Positions 12,575 to 25,824 of a stretch of DNA of 64,000 nucleotides are shown here, piece after piece. Origin of the DNA: Chiloscyllium plagiosum (taxonomy: Eukaryota); the NCBI RefSeq assembly GCF_004010195.1, contig NC_057749.1, positions 11,575,540-11,639,539 on the forward strand, in the 5' to 3' direction. The position numbers and the translations under genes were made by a program. The notes below the pieces were generated by a model. It made no database searches and was not told where the DNA came from. It worked only from the letters and a program-made list of their open reading frames with translations. Positions within the stretch are counted from its first letter, which is position 1. Every line of letters begins with the position of its first letter.

Positions 12575-13605
12575 TATAATCGCACAATAGCTGCATTTCT
12601 GTGGGCCATAGGCATTGCTGCTGCACTTCATGGTAAAATCTATCTCAGAATGAGACTGTCTCTCCACTGTGTCTTCGCTGACAGGATTAGATTGCATGTG
12701 CTTTTCTGTCTTCCAGGACTTGATCTGTAGGTCACAGTATTTCAAGTGCATTTGCAAGTGTGTTTAGGGTGCTTCTATCATCCTTTCAGGTAGTAAATTA
12801 CAGACGCCCACTACCTCCTAAGTGACATTTCTTTCTCAACTTCCATCTCAACCTCCCACCAATGGCTTTACATCTATGCTCCCTGGTTGTTATCTCTGTT
12901 AATGGAAGTGGATCCTTTCTACCATTGTTTAGGTTGCTAGTACAACTAAGGTTGAAGTGCACCAGCTCCTTTTTGGTCTCAATCTACTACGAGTCAGAAA
13001 TTTTAAATTTCGCCAGGGTGTCATGGTCAATTCAGCCAGATTTCCTTCAACAAAGAATAACTAGTTTATTATAAATACCAGTAAAATCTAGTCAAGAGGT
13101 TATTGAAAGGAAATATTTGTATGTACTAATATAGATATGATTTGTATTCTAATATCCCAAAATTAGTGAGGCAAATATGGATAACAAACGAATGCCAAGC
13201 ACCCCTCAGAATACATCAAATAATCTCCAAGGCAGTTAAGCTTCTTTTCTTCTAATGCCCTGCCCTGCCTTGCAGATTTTGAAGCCGTTTCTCTATCGTG
13301 GACTTCCTCAACAATTGCTCATGTTCTGATTGCTCACCTTGTTTTCCTGGAACTGTGTTCCTTTGAATTATTGGAATCTGCATGTCAGCCCAACTCTCCA
13401 ACTTTTCACAATGAGTTTCACAAAGATAGTCACTCCTTTGGATTTTATTTGAGCTCTGTTGCACAGGTCAAATATTGCTCGTGGACTCTCAATCCCCACT
13501 CTCTACTGACTGAACTATTCTCATTTTGATCCCATCACGCCACCTAATACCTCTGAGCCCTCCCCACAAAGTCATTCAGCTGCTCTAGGACTTACCTGAG
13601 CCCCA

Positions 13606-13945
13606 GGCATGATGGCTCAGTAGTTAGCACTGCTGCGTCACAATGCCAGGGACCCAGGTTCAATTCCAGCCTTCAGTGACTATCTGTGTGGAATTTGCAT
13701 TTTCTCCCTGTGTCTGCCTGGGTTTCCTCCAGGTGCTCCAGTTTTCTCTCAAAGTCCAAAGATGTGCAGGTTAGGGTGGATTGGCCATGCTAAATAGCCA
13801 ATAGTGTTCAGGGATGTGCAAATTAGGTGATTAGGCATGGGAAATGCAGAGTTACAGGGATAAAGTAGGGGGTGAGTCTGGTTGGGAGAGTTGGTGTGGA
13901 CTTGTTGGGCTGAATGGCCTGTTTCCACATTGTAGGGATTCTATG
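13606..13945 (+). mobile_element. HE1-type V-SINE
   Basis: A box tggctcagtag, B box ggttcaattcc, V-domain, tail gggctgaatggcctgtttcc. Confidence 0.9.
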
Positions 13946-14278
13946 AACTATGCAACTTGTGTAGTTCAGTTGCCCTCAGCAGCACCACTAATTGCATTCA
14001 TCTAACATAGAGTTTGCTTCTCTTTTGTCTTCCCAAGCTAACTATTGACCCTGAAACTGCTCTTTTGCAGCATCCTAATTTTTGAGTCACCAACTGAAAC
14101 TGTTGCAACAGACCCTATCACCAGTGCTAAGCAGAGCTGAACGTGACTTAGATTTTAGAACAGGCAGACATAGGACACTTTTAGAAGACTCCGTTTTCTA
14201 AATATTTTCTACTTTGTTAGGATGTTGCCTGACAGTACAAACTGCACAAAGCAAAAACCACATTTCTGATACACTTCA

Positions 14279-14595
14279 TTAGATTAGATTAAATTAGATT
14301 ACTTACAGTGTGGAAACAGACCCTTCGGCCCAACAAGTCCACACTGACCCCCCGAAGCGCAACCCACCCATACCCCTACATTTACCCCTTTAACCTAACA
14401 CTACGGGCAATTTAGCATGGCCAATTCACCTGACCCGCACATCTTTGTGACTGTGGGAAGAAACCGGAGGAAACCCACGCAGACACGGGGAGAATGTGCA
14501 AACTCCACACAGTCAGTCGCCTGAGTCGGGAATTGAACCCAGGTCTCTGGCGCTGTGAGGCAGCAGTGCTAACCACTGTGCCACCATGCCACCCA
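14279..14595 (-). mobile_element. HE1-type V-SINE
   Basis: Full head-to-tail copy with (TCTAA)n tail. Confidence 0.9.
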
Positions 14596-14844
14596 CATTA
14601 CTTAATCTTCCTGAACTAATTCTGTTCCGAAGAAGAAAACGTTAGCCAATCCAAACTTTTGGCAGAAATCCTCCGTTTCCTTGTAGAACAGTTGATTATT
14701 AGCAGCTTCTGAAATATCTCTCATTATAAGGTTCTTTTTAAAAGATCTTTGGCTGTAGCTTGACTTTGGGCACAGTTTTAAACCTATGTATAGAACTTGG
14801 TTCCAGAAATGCTCAATTTCAAATTGTGTGTTTTCTTATTACAG

Positions 14845-14945
14845 CCACCTGAAGTAGCTCCTAAACCTGTGTTAGTTCCGGTCGCTCCTTCCAAGTCAAT
14901 TATTCAGTCAACACCAGAACAGGAGAAACCTTCGCACTTATACAG
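14845..14945 (+). CDS. TJP1: TJP1 exon
   Basis: ttttcttattacag|CCACCT...TACAG|gtgcag; PPEVAPKPVLVPVAPSKSIIQSTPEQEKPSHLY(R); phase 0 to 2, fits both neighbours. Confidence 0.9.
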
Positions 14946-15000
14946 GTGCAGCTGTTATATTTGACATCTGGTTGGTGAAAGAACTTTGTTGCATCTTGAT

Positions 15001-15190
15001 GAAAGAAAAAAAAGACTTGCAGGACTTGTATTAATATATGTACAGCCAATTAAGTACTTTAGAAATACAGCTACTGTTGTCATGTTGGAAACACAGCAGC
15101 AAATTTGCATGCAACAAGTTCCCATGGCCAACTATGTTATAATGACCAGATAATTTTTGTTATGATGTTGATTTAAGTATAAAAATTTGT
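15001..15190 (-). mobile_element. DeuSINE (SacSINE1/AmnSINE1-like) 3' remnant
   Basis: Reverse complement reads tctggtcattataacat...gcaaatttgctgctgtgtttcc...acaacagtagct...aagtacttaattggctgta...gcaagtct, resembling the DeuSINE 3' part as recalled. Confidence 0.6.
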
Positions 15191-15199
15191 AATTTAGCA

Positions 15200-17760
15200 A
15201 GAATGAAGAAGCAAAACAGGTGAAATGACATTGCTTGGCATGGTTTCAGACTACCAAGTAAGGGAAATATGTAGAAGAATAACTTTACAAGGATATTCTT
15301 GAGGGACACGAGAATTATAGTGTGGTTATAAAATGGGACTTTATTCATCCAAGCGTAAACCAGGGTAGCAGTAATGTGAAGGGCAGAGAGGAGCAGGGAG
15401 GTCCTAGATTGGGTTCAGGTAAATATTCTCCAGCAATGAGAAAGGAGATACTGCTAACCTGATCCTTGCAAAACAGGTAGGCCAAGTCTCAGTAGGGAAA
15501 AACTTAGAGAACATTGCTCAATGTATCAAGGTTTAGATTGAGTACAGAAAAGGGCAAGAAAAATGCAGAGTAAGAATAAATAAGTTACTGGGGAAAAAAA
15601 CAATTTCAGTGGGGATAAGATGGATTCAAAGGTTAGTGGGCAAACCAACACTGAACAGTGGAATGCCTGAGAAATGTGTTCAGTGCAGGTATGTTGCCAT
15701 GAAGGGGAAAGATATTAGAGTTCACTGGTTGGTGAGAAATGGGATTAAGATGAAGAAGAAAAATTGTGCCTATGATATATTTCAGGTGGCTAATGCAGCT
15801 AAGACCCAGATTGAAAGTGAAATTTTGAGGGAATTCAAAAAAACAAAGAAAAAAAGTGAAAAGAAAGTAAGAGAAGAGACTGGCAGCTAACCTAAAAGGG
15901 AATCCCAAAGATTATTTTAATAAAAGACTGGTAAAAGAGGAGTGTGGCTGATTTGGGATCAAAAAGGATGTATTTGCACTTGGAAATTGGGGGAATGAGG
16001 TGTTAAATTAATTTTCTGCTTATGGATCTGCAAATAAAAAAAAATGATGATGCTTAGATCATGGTGAAAGAGGAGGTAATTCAGTCACTTGAAAAGGTTA
16101 ACATTGATGAGACAGAAGATTGGCACTTGTAAGATTATGTCTGTGGCATTATGTACAGTTCTGGGCATCACACTGAAGGAAGCATATGAACACATTGGAG
16201 AATACTGGGGGAAAACAAATTACATAAATGGTTCCCAGACTGAGAGACTTCAGTTGCGAGATAGATCGGAGAGAATGAAATTGATCTTGGAAAGACAAAA
16301 TGCTAAGAAAAAATCTGAGAGAAGTTTTCAAAAATCATAAAGGTATGGACAGAGTATATAGGGAGAAGCTATTCAAACCTTTTTTTAAATGAAAGGAAGA
16401 GAGGATGCAGATATGAAGTGATTTGCAAATATAAATGAGAGGAAAAGAATGTTTTCAAATGTGGTTGAAGTCTGAAATGCATTGCCTGAAAGTGTGGTGG
16501 AGGCAGAGTCATTTGAGGCATTCTAGAGGGCAATGTACAAGAATATAGGGAAGGGCACCAAGTTAGTGTTCATTGTGGAGTTGTTGCAGATGCCGTGGCC
16601 AAGTGGCCACCTCCTGCGCTGTTTAAATACTGACAAAATCTGAATTATAAGTTGATAAGGCACCTGGACCACATGCAATGCATTGAAGGATGCTGAGGGA
16701 AAGGACAATGTAAATTGCGGAGGCACTGGTCGTAGTTTTTCAGTTGTCTTTACACTTAGGTCGTGGGCTTGTGGCACAGTACCTCTACCTCTGAATTAGT
16801 TTCATGTCAAATTGCTGCAGAGGTATGTAATAATACTCTGAACATGTTGATTAAAAATATTTGCACTTGGATGGTGCCAAAGTGGACAATTGCAAATGTA
16901 ACATCTTTGCTCAAAAAGAGAGAGAATCCCTACAGTGTGGAAACAGGCCCTTCAGCCTAACAAGTCCATACCGACTCTCCAAAGATTATCCCACCCAAAC
17001 CCATTCCCCATTACTCTACACTTATCCCTGACTAATGCACCTAACCAACATATATTCCTAAATGCAATGGGTAGTTTAGCATGGCCAGTTTACCTAATCT
17101 GCAGATCTTTGGATTGTGGGAGGAAACCGGAGCACCCAGAGGAAATCCACGCAGACAGTCAGTTGCTCGAGGTAGGAATTTTACCTGGGTCCCTGAAGCT
17201 GTGAGGCAACCACTGAGCCACCGTGCTGCCCCAAGATGTAAAGATAATGATAATGAGGAATCTTCTGGAAACAATAATTCAGGATAAAATTAATACAGGA
17301 GACAGCTGGATTACAGTGTTACCTTAAGGCAAACCAGCACACACTTTGAGGGTGCACCATGCTTATCTAGGTTGGAGATTTTTGATGAGATAATAAAGGT
17401 TTGATGAGGGCAGTGCTGTTGATATAGTGTATGTGGATTTTGGGAAGGCTGTTAATACAGTGCCACACACTGACTTTTGACAACAAACTTGGAACTCATG
17501 GAATGAAAGGGACTTTAGCAATATGACATGAACTGAATGACAAGAAATAATTTAGTTAATGGATTTTTCTTTGAGCAGTGGATAGTTTATGGTACATTTC
17601 TTCAGGATGTTGAGATTCCTGTAACACAGTTCAGTAAAATGTGCAAAATTTGAGCATAATAAAAAACTTAACTGAATTGTGAACTGAGAGGCAGGTATAG
17701 AACTTCAAACGAATATAGGCTCGTGTTTAGGTGGCAGATGAAATTTAGTGCAGAACAGAA
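15200..17760 (+). mobile_element. Highly decayed CR1 fragments interrupted by a SINE
   Basis: Scattered CR1 ORF2-like motifs (NLKGNPK, WTIANVT, DEGSAVDIVYVDF). Confidence 0.6.
16926..17232 (-). mobile_element. HE1-type V-SINE
   Basis: Same head, V-domain and tail as the other copies. Confidence 0.88.
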
Positions 17761-17862
17761 TTCATATAAATAGGAAAAATCTTTTCAGTGTGATTGGTGA
17801 ACTCTATTGTAGTGTTAAGGCTGTAGTGTTTTCATAAAGTAGCTGAATGTCTGTACTTGCAG

Positions 17863-18081
17863 AGGTCCTGAAACACAGATGAAACTTCCAGAAGAAGCTC
17901 CACGAATAAATCATTACAGCGCAGACGAAGATGAGGAAGATTATAGGAAGCAGTTGTCTTATTTTGGCCGCAGAAACTTGGAACAAAAGCCAGCAACTCA
18001 GCTTCCTGCCAACAGCCATCCTGAATCTGTGAAATCATCAGAACCTGTACTTCAGTCTAACTACACTGGATACTTACCCAG
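17863..18081 (+). CDS. TJP1: TJP1 exon
   Basis: acttgcag|AGGT...CCCAG|gtgagt; 219 nt, phase 2-2; NHYSADEDEEDYRKQLSYFGRR matches the ZO-1 NHYDPEEDEEYYRKQLSYFDRR motif. Confidence 0.93.
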
Positions 18082-18339
18082 GTGAGTGCTGGCTGACGAG
18101 AAGAAGTTTACACTTTTTCAAGTTTTTTTTGGGTTTCATTTTATGTGATGCAGTTGTGAGAATGTATCTAGCCATCATGAGATTAAGATTACAGTTAATG
18201 TACTTAGATCTATGTGACTGATTCAAAGATACAGAGTAGTTAATGCTCCTGCCCCTTTTCATTCCACAGCTATCTCTGTTCATCTGTGCTGTCTCATTGT
18301 CAGTTTAGCTGCTCTGGGAAAGGTTTTATCCCTGTGGAT

Positions 18340-18600
18340 GGGGTGGGGCAGAAGGAAGGGGAGGGGTGTGAAGAGGCAGACTGGGTGGTGGAGGAAAGGA
18401 GTGAAGGACAACAGCATGGGATGGGCGAGGAAGGGCCAGGAGTATGGAGGATGGGATGAGGTGGAGAAAAGAGTAGGCTGTGAAGTGGAGAGGGAGGGAA
18501 GAGGGGCGGAATAGAATGGGTGGAGGAAGAGAAGGGAATGGGATGGTGAGGGAAGAGGCGGATAGGCAGAGAAATAATCGGAATGGGAACACAGCAAAAG
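18340..18600. repeat. Purine-rich (GGA/GGG) low-complexity tract
   Basis: ~260 nt of mainly G/A with many G2-G4 runs. Confidence 0.75.
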
Positions 18601-18689
18601 AGGGACTCGGGTGAGTGCTATCTATTTTGGATTAAAACAATATTTCTGTTACTTTTGGTTTACTTTTGCAGATTATCTCAGCTATGTGT

Positions 18690-19700
18690 GCGTAGGAAAT
18701 AGGAGACTGAGGCAACCGTTTGGTCCTCCAAGCCTTCTCTGTTATTGAAACAGATCACGTTTAATCATTCACCTTGTATATCTTGATGTCATTGGCATCT
18801 AGAATCTTATACACTCAAACATAAGATTAGGAGTAGGTCATCCAGCTGCTTTAGCCTGCTCTGCCCTTCAGTAAGATCATGACTGATCTGATTGTAACCT
18901 CAAATGTATGACCCAACCTACCTCTTTCTACTACTTGATGAAAATCTATCTATTTCAATATTCAAGGACTCTTGCTACGACTTTTTCAAGAAGAGAGTTG
19001 CAAAGATATTCTCAACTCAGAGAGAAAAGAAATTGCCTCGTCTGTTTTAAATGGGCACTTCTGATTTTTAAACAGTGGCCCCTAATTGTAACTCCTTCCA
19101 TAAGAACAAACGTCCCCTTCATATGCACCATGCCAAGACCCCTCAGATCTTTTCCACTTCCATCAAGCCACCTGTTAATCTTTTGAACTCCAGCAGTTGG
19201 AAGTTGAGCCTATCTAACTTTTCCTCATGAGACAACCACCCCCATCCAAACTCCAGATATTTATCTGGAAATTAAACTTTTAGTGAAATACCTTCAGAGC
19301 ATTTTCATCCTACCGTAAATAAGATGACCAATACTGTGCACAGCATTTCAGATGCTGTCTCACCTGTGCCCTGTATAACTGAAGTATAGCTTCACTTCTT
19401 TTGTATTCAGTTCCCCTTATGCTAAATGCCACTCTACTGCCTTTCCTAATTACCTATGTCTGCAAGCTAAACTTTTGTCATTGATGTATTTGAATGCAGA
19501 TACCTCTGCATCTCAGAGCTCTGCAATCTCTCATCATTTAGATAATTGTTCTTCCTGCCAAAGTAGAAAATTTCACATTTTCTCACTTTGTACTCTAATT
19601 ATCAAAGCTTTGCTTACTCACTGAGTCTATCCGTGTCCCTTTGTAGCCTGCTTTTGTCTCTTTACAGCTTACATTCCTACCTATATTTGTGGCATTTGTT
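18690..19700 (-). mobile_element. Decayed CR1 3' portion
   Basis: Tail aggagtaggtcatccagc and RT C-terminal-like sequence on the minus strand. Confidence 0.65.
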
Positions 19701-19964
19701 CCAGCACACTGATTGTCAGCTCTGGTGAGGAATGTGCTTAGATTGAACATTATGCTCTTGGTAGGGGGCTGACGGTGGATTGTTTTCTGACAAGTGGGTT
19801 TGCAGTAAATCCTGTATCCTGGAGGATGGAGCTTAAGTGAAGTATGTATTCTTCTGGGGAATGCTTGTCGATAGAGTAGTCCACACTAATATTGTGCACT
19901 GCTTAGTGGACTTTGATTTGGCTCATGAAGTTTTTGCCCTTTGTCATTGCAATTGTCTGAGGTA

Positions 19965-20533
19965 CAGGTAGTTCTGGGGTAACTTGCGTTTCAGCAGTGC
20001 GGTTTGGCTATAACATTGCAGAACAATTAGGAACAGTATTTTCGAGAATGCTTAACTCCGCAATAGTGTGATTTCAGTGGGGATCAGTTTGTGTGCTTCA
20101 TTCTGTGTGTGCACCGATATCCACACCAAAGTCTCTGCGCTGTTCTGTGCTTGCACGATGTCAGCACCAGTCATTGCGCCATATGCCGACAAAGCAGTTT
20201 TCTGTGAGAAGTATTGTACAGAGAGCAGCTTTCATACGTTTTTTAAATGTGCTGTGTTAAGTTAACATGTGTTTTATTAATATGATTTCAACCTTCATTC
20301 AGGCTATGCTATGCTTTGTGTTAGGCTTTTGGGTGATTTTTGAGCAATCGTGACTACAAAAAAAACAAAGAAAATTTACAGCCCAGGAACAGGCCCTTTG
20401 GCCCTCCAAGCCTGAGCCGATCAGGCTTGGGTTTTTGCTGGTCTGCCCCTAACTCCACTTTCCCATAGTCCCAGTTATTTCTATTAAGCGATGTTCTGCT
20501 GGAACGCAACTGAGGTTATAGGAGAGCTACCGG
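19965..20533. mobile_element. Non-autonomous Tc1/mariner (Tigger/pogo-like) MITE
   Basis: TA|CAGGTAGTTCT..TAAC TTGCGTTTCAGCAG at the left and its degenerate inverse CTGCTGGAACGCAA..GTTATAGGAGAGCTACCGG|TA at the right; carries a short CR1 tail at ~20357-20422. Confidence 0.65.
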
Positions 20534-21341
20534 TATAACAGATTAAAAATATTTTATGTATTCATCAATGACCTTGCCTCCATAATGTCAGAAGTGGGGA
20601 TGTTTGCTGATGATTGCATAATATTCAACACATTTGCAACTCCTCAGATATTGGGGAGAAGTTTACTCTCTAAGCCACTCACTATCCTGACATGGAAATA
20701 TATTACCATTCCAAATTAATGACTAGCTAATTGAAGGTAGTTTATTCCATCTGTACAAGATAGCAGTTGCCTGTTTCAAATAACACAATTTACTAAAAGA
20801 CTGATTTTGTGCAATTGATTCGCAACATTGCACTTGAAGGAATGAATTTTAATGTGCAGCCAGATTACATCATTTTCCCAAATGTCCTTTGAAATTCTCA
20901 CCAATATGAAGTTGAATCTCTATAGAAAAGATATAGGCTCATATTGGGTAAGAAGTAATAATTTTCAAATTGTTCCTGATCAGCTTTTGTAGTTCTGAAA
21001 CATCCCATTGTTAAGTAAGTCCTCTGTACTAGAGGAATTGAGAATTGTACTGCAGTCATGAGTCGGTGACCATAAGACATAGGAGCAGAAATTCGGCCAT
21101 TCAGCCCATTGAGTCTGTTCCACCATTCAATCATGGCCAAGGTTCTCAACTCCATTCTCTTGCTTTTTCCTGTAACCCTGGAATCTCTTGATACTCTATA
21201 AGATCTTAAGTGCACCATTTTGCTAGATTTGGATATTAATGTGTTTGTGATGTTAACACCTTTTTTTATTGTTTCTGCTTGCAGTTACAAAGAAGTAAAT
21301 GTAGAAGTATGCTTTACTAAGAATTATAAAATTGTTTACAG

Positions 21342-21511
21342 GAGTACACAAACAAACTTCGATCATGTTATCAAATCTAGCATCAATGAGAAGAAATATG
21401 ACTCTGTATCACAATTGCCCGGCCTTCAGTCACGGTACGGGCCACCACCACCATCTAGTTTGAACTCTTCAGTGTCACTGCCAGTGCATCCCAAGCTTTC
21501 TCCACCTGAAG
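21342..21511 (+). CDS. TJP1: TJP1 exon (proline-rich); possible upstream in-frame acceptor at 21285
   Basis: tttacag|GAGT...GAAG|gtaatg; STQTNFDHVIKSSINEKKYDSV...SLPVHPKLSPPE; phase 2 to 1 fits the flanking exons. Confidence 0.85.
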
Positions 21512-21939
21512 GTAATGTACTTACCCTCCACATTTATTCTGAATGCATTTGGTCTGCTTTAAGATACCTATAGAAGAAATAGCTGCCCATCTGTTGGTGA
21601 GTGAATCTGTTTATAAGTTTTGAAACACAGCACGCATCTGCAGTGTTCATTGTACCCCAATGTAAACTACCACGCTGCCACATTGAAACCACGGTTTGTG
21701 TCATTGCAAGAAATGGTTTGTTTGTAAAATGTAACAGTATAGGAAGAAAGTCAAACTCCATGTGTAACATGACTCAAGAGTTCCTTTAGATATCCCAAAT
21801 CATTTTGCAACCTTTAATATGTTATGAAGGTGATCATTATTGTGTATGCAAGATCAGCACCTTGCACGACAAAGTCTGGTAAATAGCACCGACTTAAGTG
21901 ACCAATTAACCTGTTTTGAGAAGTGTAATTGGTTAAAAC

Positions 21940-22118
21940 CATGAGGAAAACCTCCCTGTATCTCTCTGATTGATGCCGTGGAACTTTTGAGCATGCAGAA
22001 GGGGCCTCACTTTAATTTCTTTCAGAATGAATCTGCCTCCTGCAGTGCAGCACTGAAGTGATACTCTGAATTTTGGGCATCAACTGATGAAGTGGGGCTG
22101 CATGACTGTCTGAGCCAC
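21940..22118 (-). mobile_element. DeuSINE head/central remnant
   Basis: ggcctcactttaat...gcctcctgcagtgcagcact...ctgagccac resembles the reverse complement of the DeuSINE 5' half. Confidence 0.5.
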
Positions 22119-22941
22119 AATAACGGTGTACAGAAGAATATATAACATTGTGCCTGTTAATGAAATATGCATATTTATGTGAATCTCAGGGTCTGATTAG
22201 AAATTCTTTTGAATACAAAATCATTTTACATTAATGAAATAGTGTGTACTCTTTCCAATGGAGTCTTGTCAATGTTTGACCAGTAACAATGAAACAGATG
22301 TTTAAACACTCCAACTGTTTTATTTTCTCTCAATGGTTTAACTAATGAATATGATGACACTAACTACCATCACTAGCATTAGAGAATAAGTATTAAACAG
22401 ACTAATGAGGCTAAAGGGAGAAAAGGCCTCTGACCCTGTTGGCTTGTAAGTAGGATCCTAAAAGAGGTAGCCATAGAGATGGTGGAGGCCCTGAGTGTAA
22501 TTTTACAAAAAATATTTGGATCCTGGCGAACAAATGGAGGATTAGGAAGCTGCTAATCTGACACCCATACTCAAACAGCGAGGAACTCAAAAAGTGGAGA
22601 ACAGTAGACAAATTAGCCTAACAGCTTTTTTTTGGAAAAGGTGTGAAATCAATTATTTAGGAAGTAGTAGAACATTTAGAAAATCATAATCTAATCAGGC
22701 AGTATCAGTATAGCTTCATGAAAGGTAAATCATGTCTCACTATTATAGTTTAACAAGGAAGTCTCAATCAGAGTGGATAGAGGGGAACCAGTAGGTGTGT
22801 TGTATTTAGATGTCCAGGTCATACTACCCCATGTGTTGGAGGTAGTAATATTGGTGTAAATAGAGAATTGGCTGATAGGCAGGAAACACTGAGTGGGGAT
22901 AAGGGGGTTCATTAGGTTGACAATGCATAACAAGTGGGATT

Positions 22942-25824
22942 AGAACATAGAACAGTGCAGCACAGAACAGGCCCTTCGGACTTCGATGTTGCGCCGACCT
23001 GTGGACTCTTCTCAGCTTGTCCCCATCACTATTCCAAAATCATCCATGTGCTTATCTAAGGATTGTTTTAAATCTCCCAAATGTGGCTGAGTTGACTACA
23101 TTAGCAGGTAGGGCATTCCACGCCCTTACCACTCTCTGCGTAAAGAACTTTCCTCTGACATCAGTCTTAAATCTGTCACCCCTCAATTTGTAATTATGCC
23201 CTCTCGTACAAGCTGACGTCATCATCCTAGGAAAAAGTCTTTCACTGTCTACCCTATCTAATCCTCTGATTATCTTGTATGTCTCTATCAAATCCCCCCT
23301 TAGCTGCCTTCTTTCCAATGAGAACAGACCCAAGTCTCTTAGCCTTTCCTCATAAGACCCTACCTCCAGACCAGGCAACATCCTGGTAAATCTCCTCTGC
23401 ACCCTTTCCAATGCTTCCACATCCTTCCTGTAATGGGGTGACTAGAACTGTACACAATATTCCAAGTGTGGCCGCACCAGCGTTTTGTATAGTTGCAGCA
23501 TGATATTGCGGATCATATGCCTGCTTCACAGCATTATCCACCTGGGTGGCAACTTTCAGGGATCTATGCACATGAATTCCAAGATCCCTCTACACATCCA
23601 CACTACCAAGAATCTTTCCATTGACCCAGTACTCTGCCATCCTGTTATTCTTCCCAAAGTGCATCACCTCACATTTAGCTGCATTGAACTCCATTTGTCA
23701 CCTCTCAGCCCAATTCTGCAGTTTATCCAAGTCCTCCTGCAACCTGTAACATTCTTCCATACTGTCCACCACTCCACCGACTTTAGTGTCATCTACAAAT
23801 TTACTAATCTATCCACCTATGCCTGCATCTAAGTCATTTATAAAAATGACAAACAGCAGTGGTCCCAAAACACATCCTTGTGGCACACCACGAGTAATTG
23901 GACTCCAGACTGAATATTTTCCATCAACCACCACTCGCTGCCTTCTTCCAGAAAGCCAGTTTCTAATCCACACTGCTAAATCACCCTCAATTCCATGCCT
24001 CTGCATTTTCTCCATCAGCCTACCATGTGGAACCTTATCAAAGGTTTTACTGAAGTCCATGTATACCATGTCAACTGTCCTACCCTCATCTACATGTTTG
24101 GTGACCTCAAAAAACTCAACGAGGTTTGTGAGACAAAACTTGCCCTTGACAAAACCATGTTGACTATCTGAAATCAAATTGTTGCTTGCGAGATGATTAT
24201 AAATCTTATCTCTTATAATCCTTTCCAAAACCTTTCCTATAACAGAAGTAAGGCTCACTGGTCTATAATCACCTGGGTCATCTCTGCTGCCCTTCTTGAA
24301 CAATGACACAACATTTGCAATCTTCCAATCCTCAGGTACTAAACCTGTAGACAGTGACGATTCAAATATCAAAGCCAACAGCTCTGTTATCTTCTTCCTA
24401 GCTTCCCAGAGAATTCTCGGATAAATCCCATCCAGCCTAGGGGACTTGTCTACTTTCACTCCTAGAATTGATAACACCTGTGCGTAACTAACCTCGATCC
24501 TTTCTAGTCTAATGTCTAGTTCCTCATTCTTCTCCTCCACAATATTCTCCTTTTCCTGAGTGAACACAGATGAGAAATGTTCATTTAGCACCTCTCCGAT
24601 CTCTACAGGGTCCACACTCAACTTCCCACTTCTGTCTTTGGCTGGCCCTATTCCTACCCTAATCATCCTTTTGTTCCTCACGTACCTATAGAAAGCTTTA
24701 GGGTATTCCTTTATTCTATTTGCTAAAGACTGCTTGTGTCCTCTCTTTGCTCTTAGCTCTCTCTTTAAATCCTTCCTAGCTGATCTGTACCATCTTGCCT
24801 CATCAACACATAAGCCTCCTTCTTCTTCATAACAAGAGATGCAATTTCTGTGGTAAACCATGGTTCCCTTACCTTATCACTTCCTCCCTGTCTGACAGGG
24901 ACATACCTATCAAGGACACACAATATCTATTCCTTAAACCAGCTCCACATTTCGCTTGTCTGCATCCCCTGCATTTTGCTACCCCATTCTATGCATCCTA
25001 ATTGCATTATAATTGTCCTTGCCCCATCGATAACTCTTGACCTGTGGCATGTACCTATCCCTTTCCATCGCTAAACTAAACGTAACTGAATTATGGTCAC
25101 TCTCTCCAAAGTGCCCACCTACAACTAAATCAAACACCTGGCCTGGTTCATTACCAAGCACCAGATCCAGTGTGGCCTCCCTTCTTGTCGGCCCTTCAAC
25201 ATACTGTGTCAGGAAACCCTCCTGTACACGTTGGACAAAACTGATCCATCCGACGTACTAGATCTATAACATTTCCAGTCAATGTTGGGGAAGTTAAAGT
25301 CCCCCATAATGACCACCCTGTTCCTTTCACTCCTACTCAGAATAATTTTGCTAATCCTCTCTTCCACCTCCTTGGAACTCTGCGAAGGCCTACAAAAAAT
25401 TACAAGCAGTGTGACCTCTCCTCTCCTGTTTCTAACCTCAGCCCACATTACTTCAGTAGTCCTCACAAAAATTCTCTCAGCCACCATTATACTATCTTTG
25501 ACTAACAAGGCCACGCCTCCTCTTTTACCGCCTTGCCTGTTTTTAATGAAAGATCTAAACCCTGGAACCTGCAACATCCAATCCTCACCCTGCTCTATCC
25601 ACGTCTCCAAAATGGCCACAAGATCGAAGTCCCAGGTACCTATCCATGCTGCAAGCTCACCTACCTTATTTCGGATACTTCTGGTGTTGAAGTATACACA
25701 CTTCAAACCACTTTGCTGTCTGCCAGCACATTCCTGTGACCCTGAAATCCTGTCCCTGTCCTTCCTACTCTCATCCTCCTGTGCACTGCAACTACACCTC
25801 TGGTTCCCATTCCCCTGTTCCAAA
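22942..25824 (-). mobile_element. CR1/HER1-type LINE ORF2 (APE + RT), frameshifted, nested in an older plus-strand CR1
   Basis: ORFs 25209..25823 (APE: VVIMGDFNFPNIDW), 23809..24861 ([24 protein letters not shown]), 23052..23420; (TTCTATG)-type tail; candidate TSD GGGATT at 22936 and 25825; host RT resumes after 25830. Confidence 0.92.

Noticed and set aside
18280..18597. Pro/Leu/Ser-rich minus-strand ORFs
   Set aside because: Translation of low-complexity purine tract
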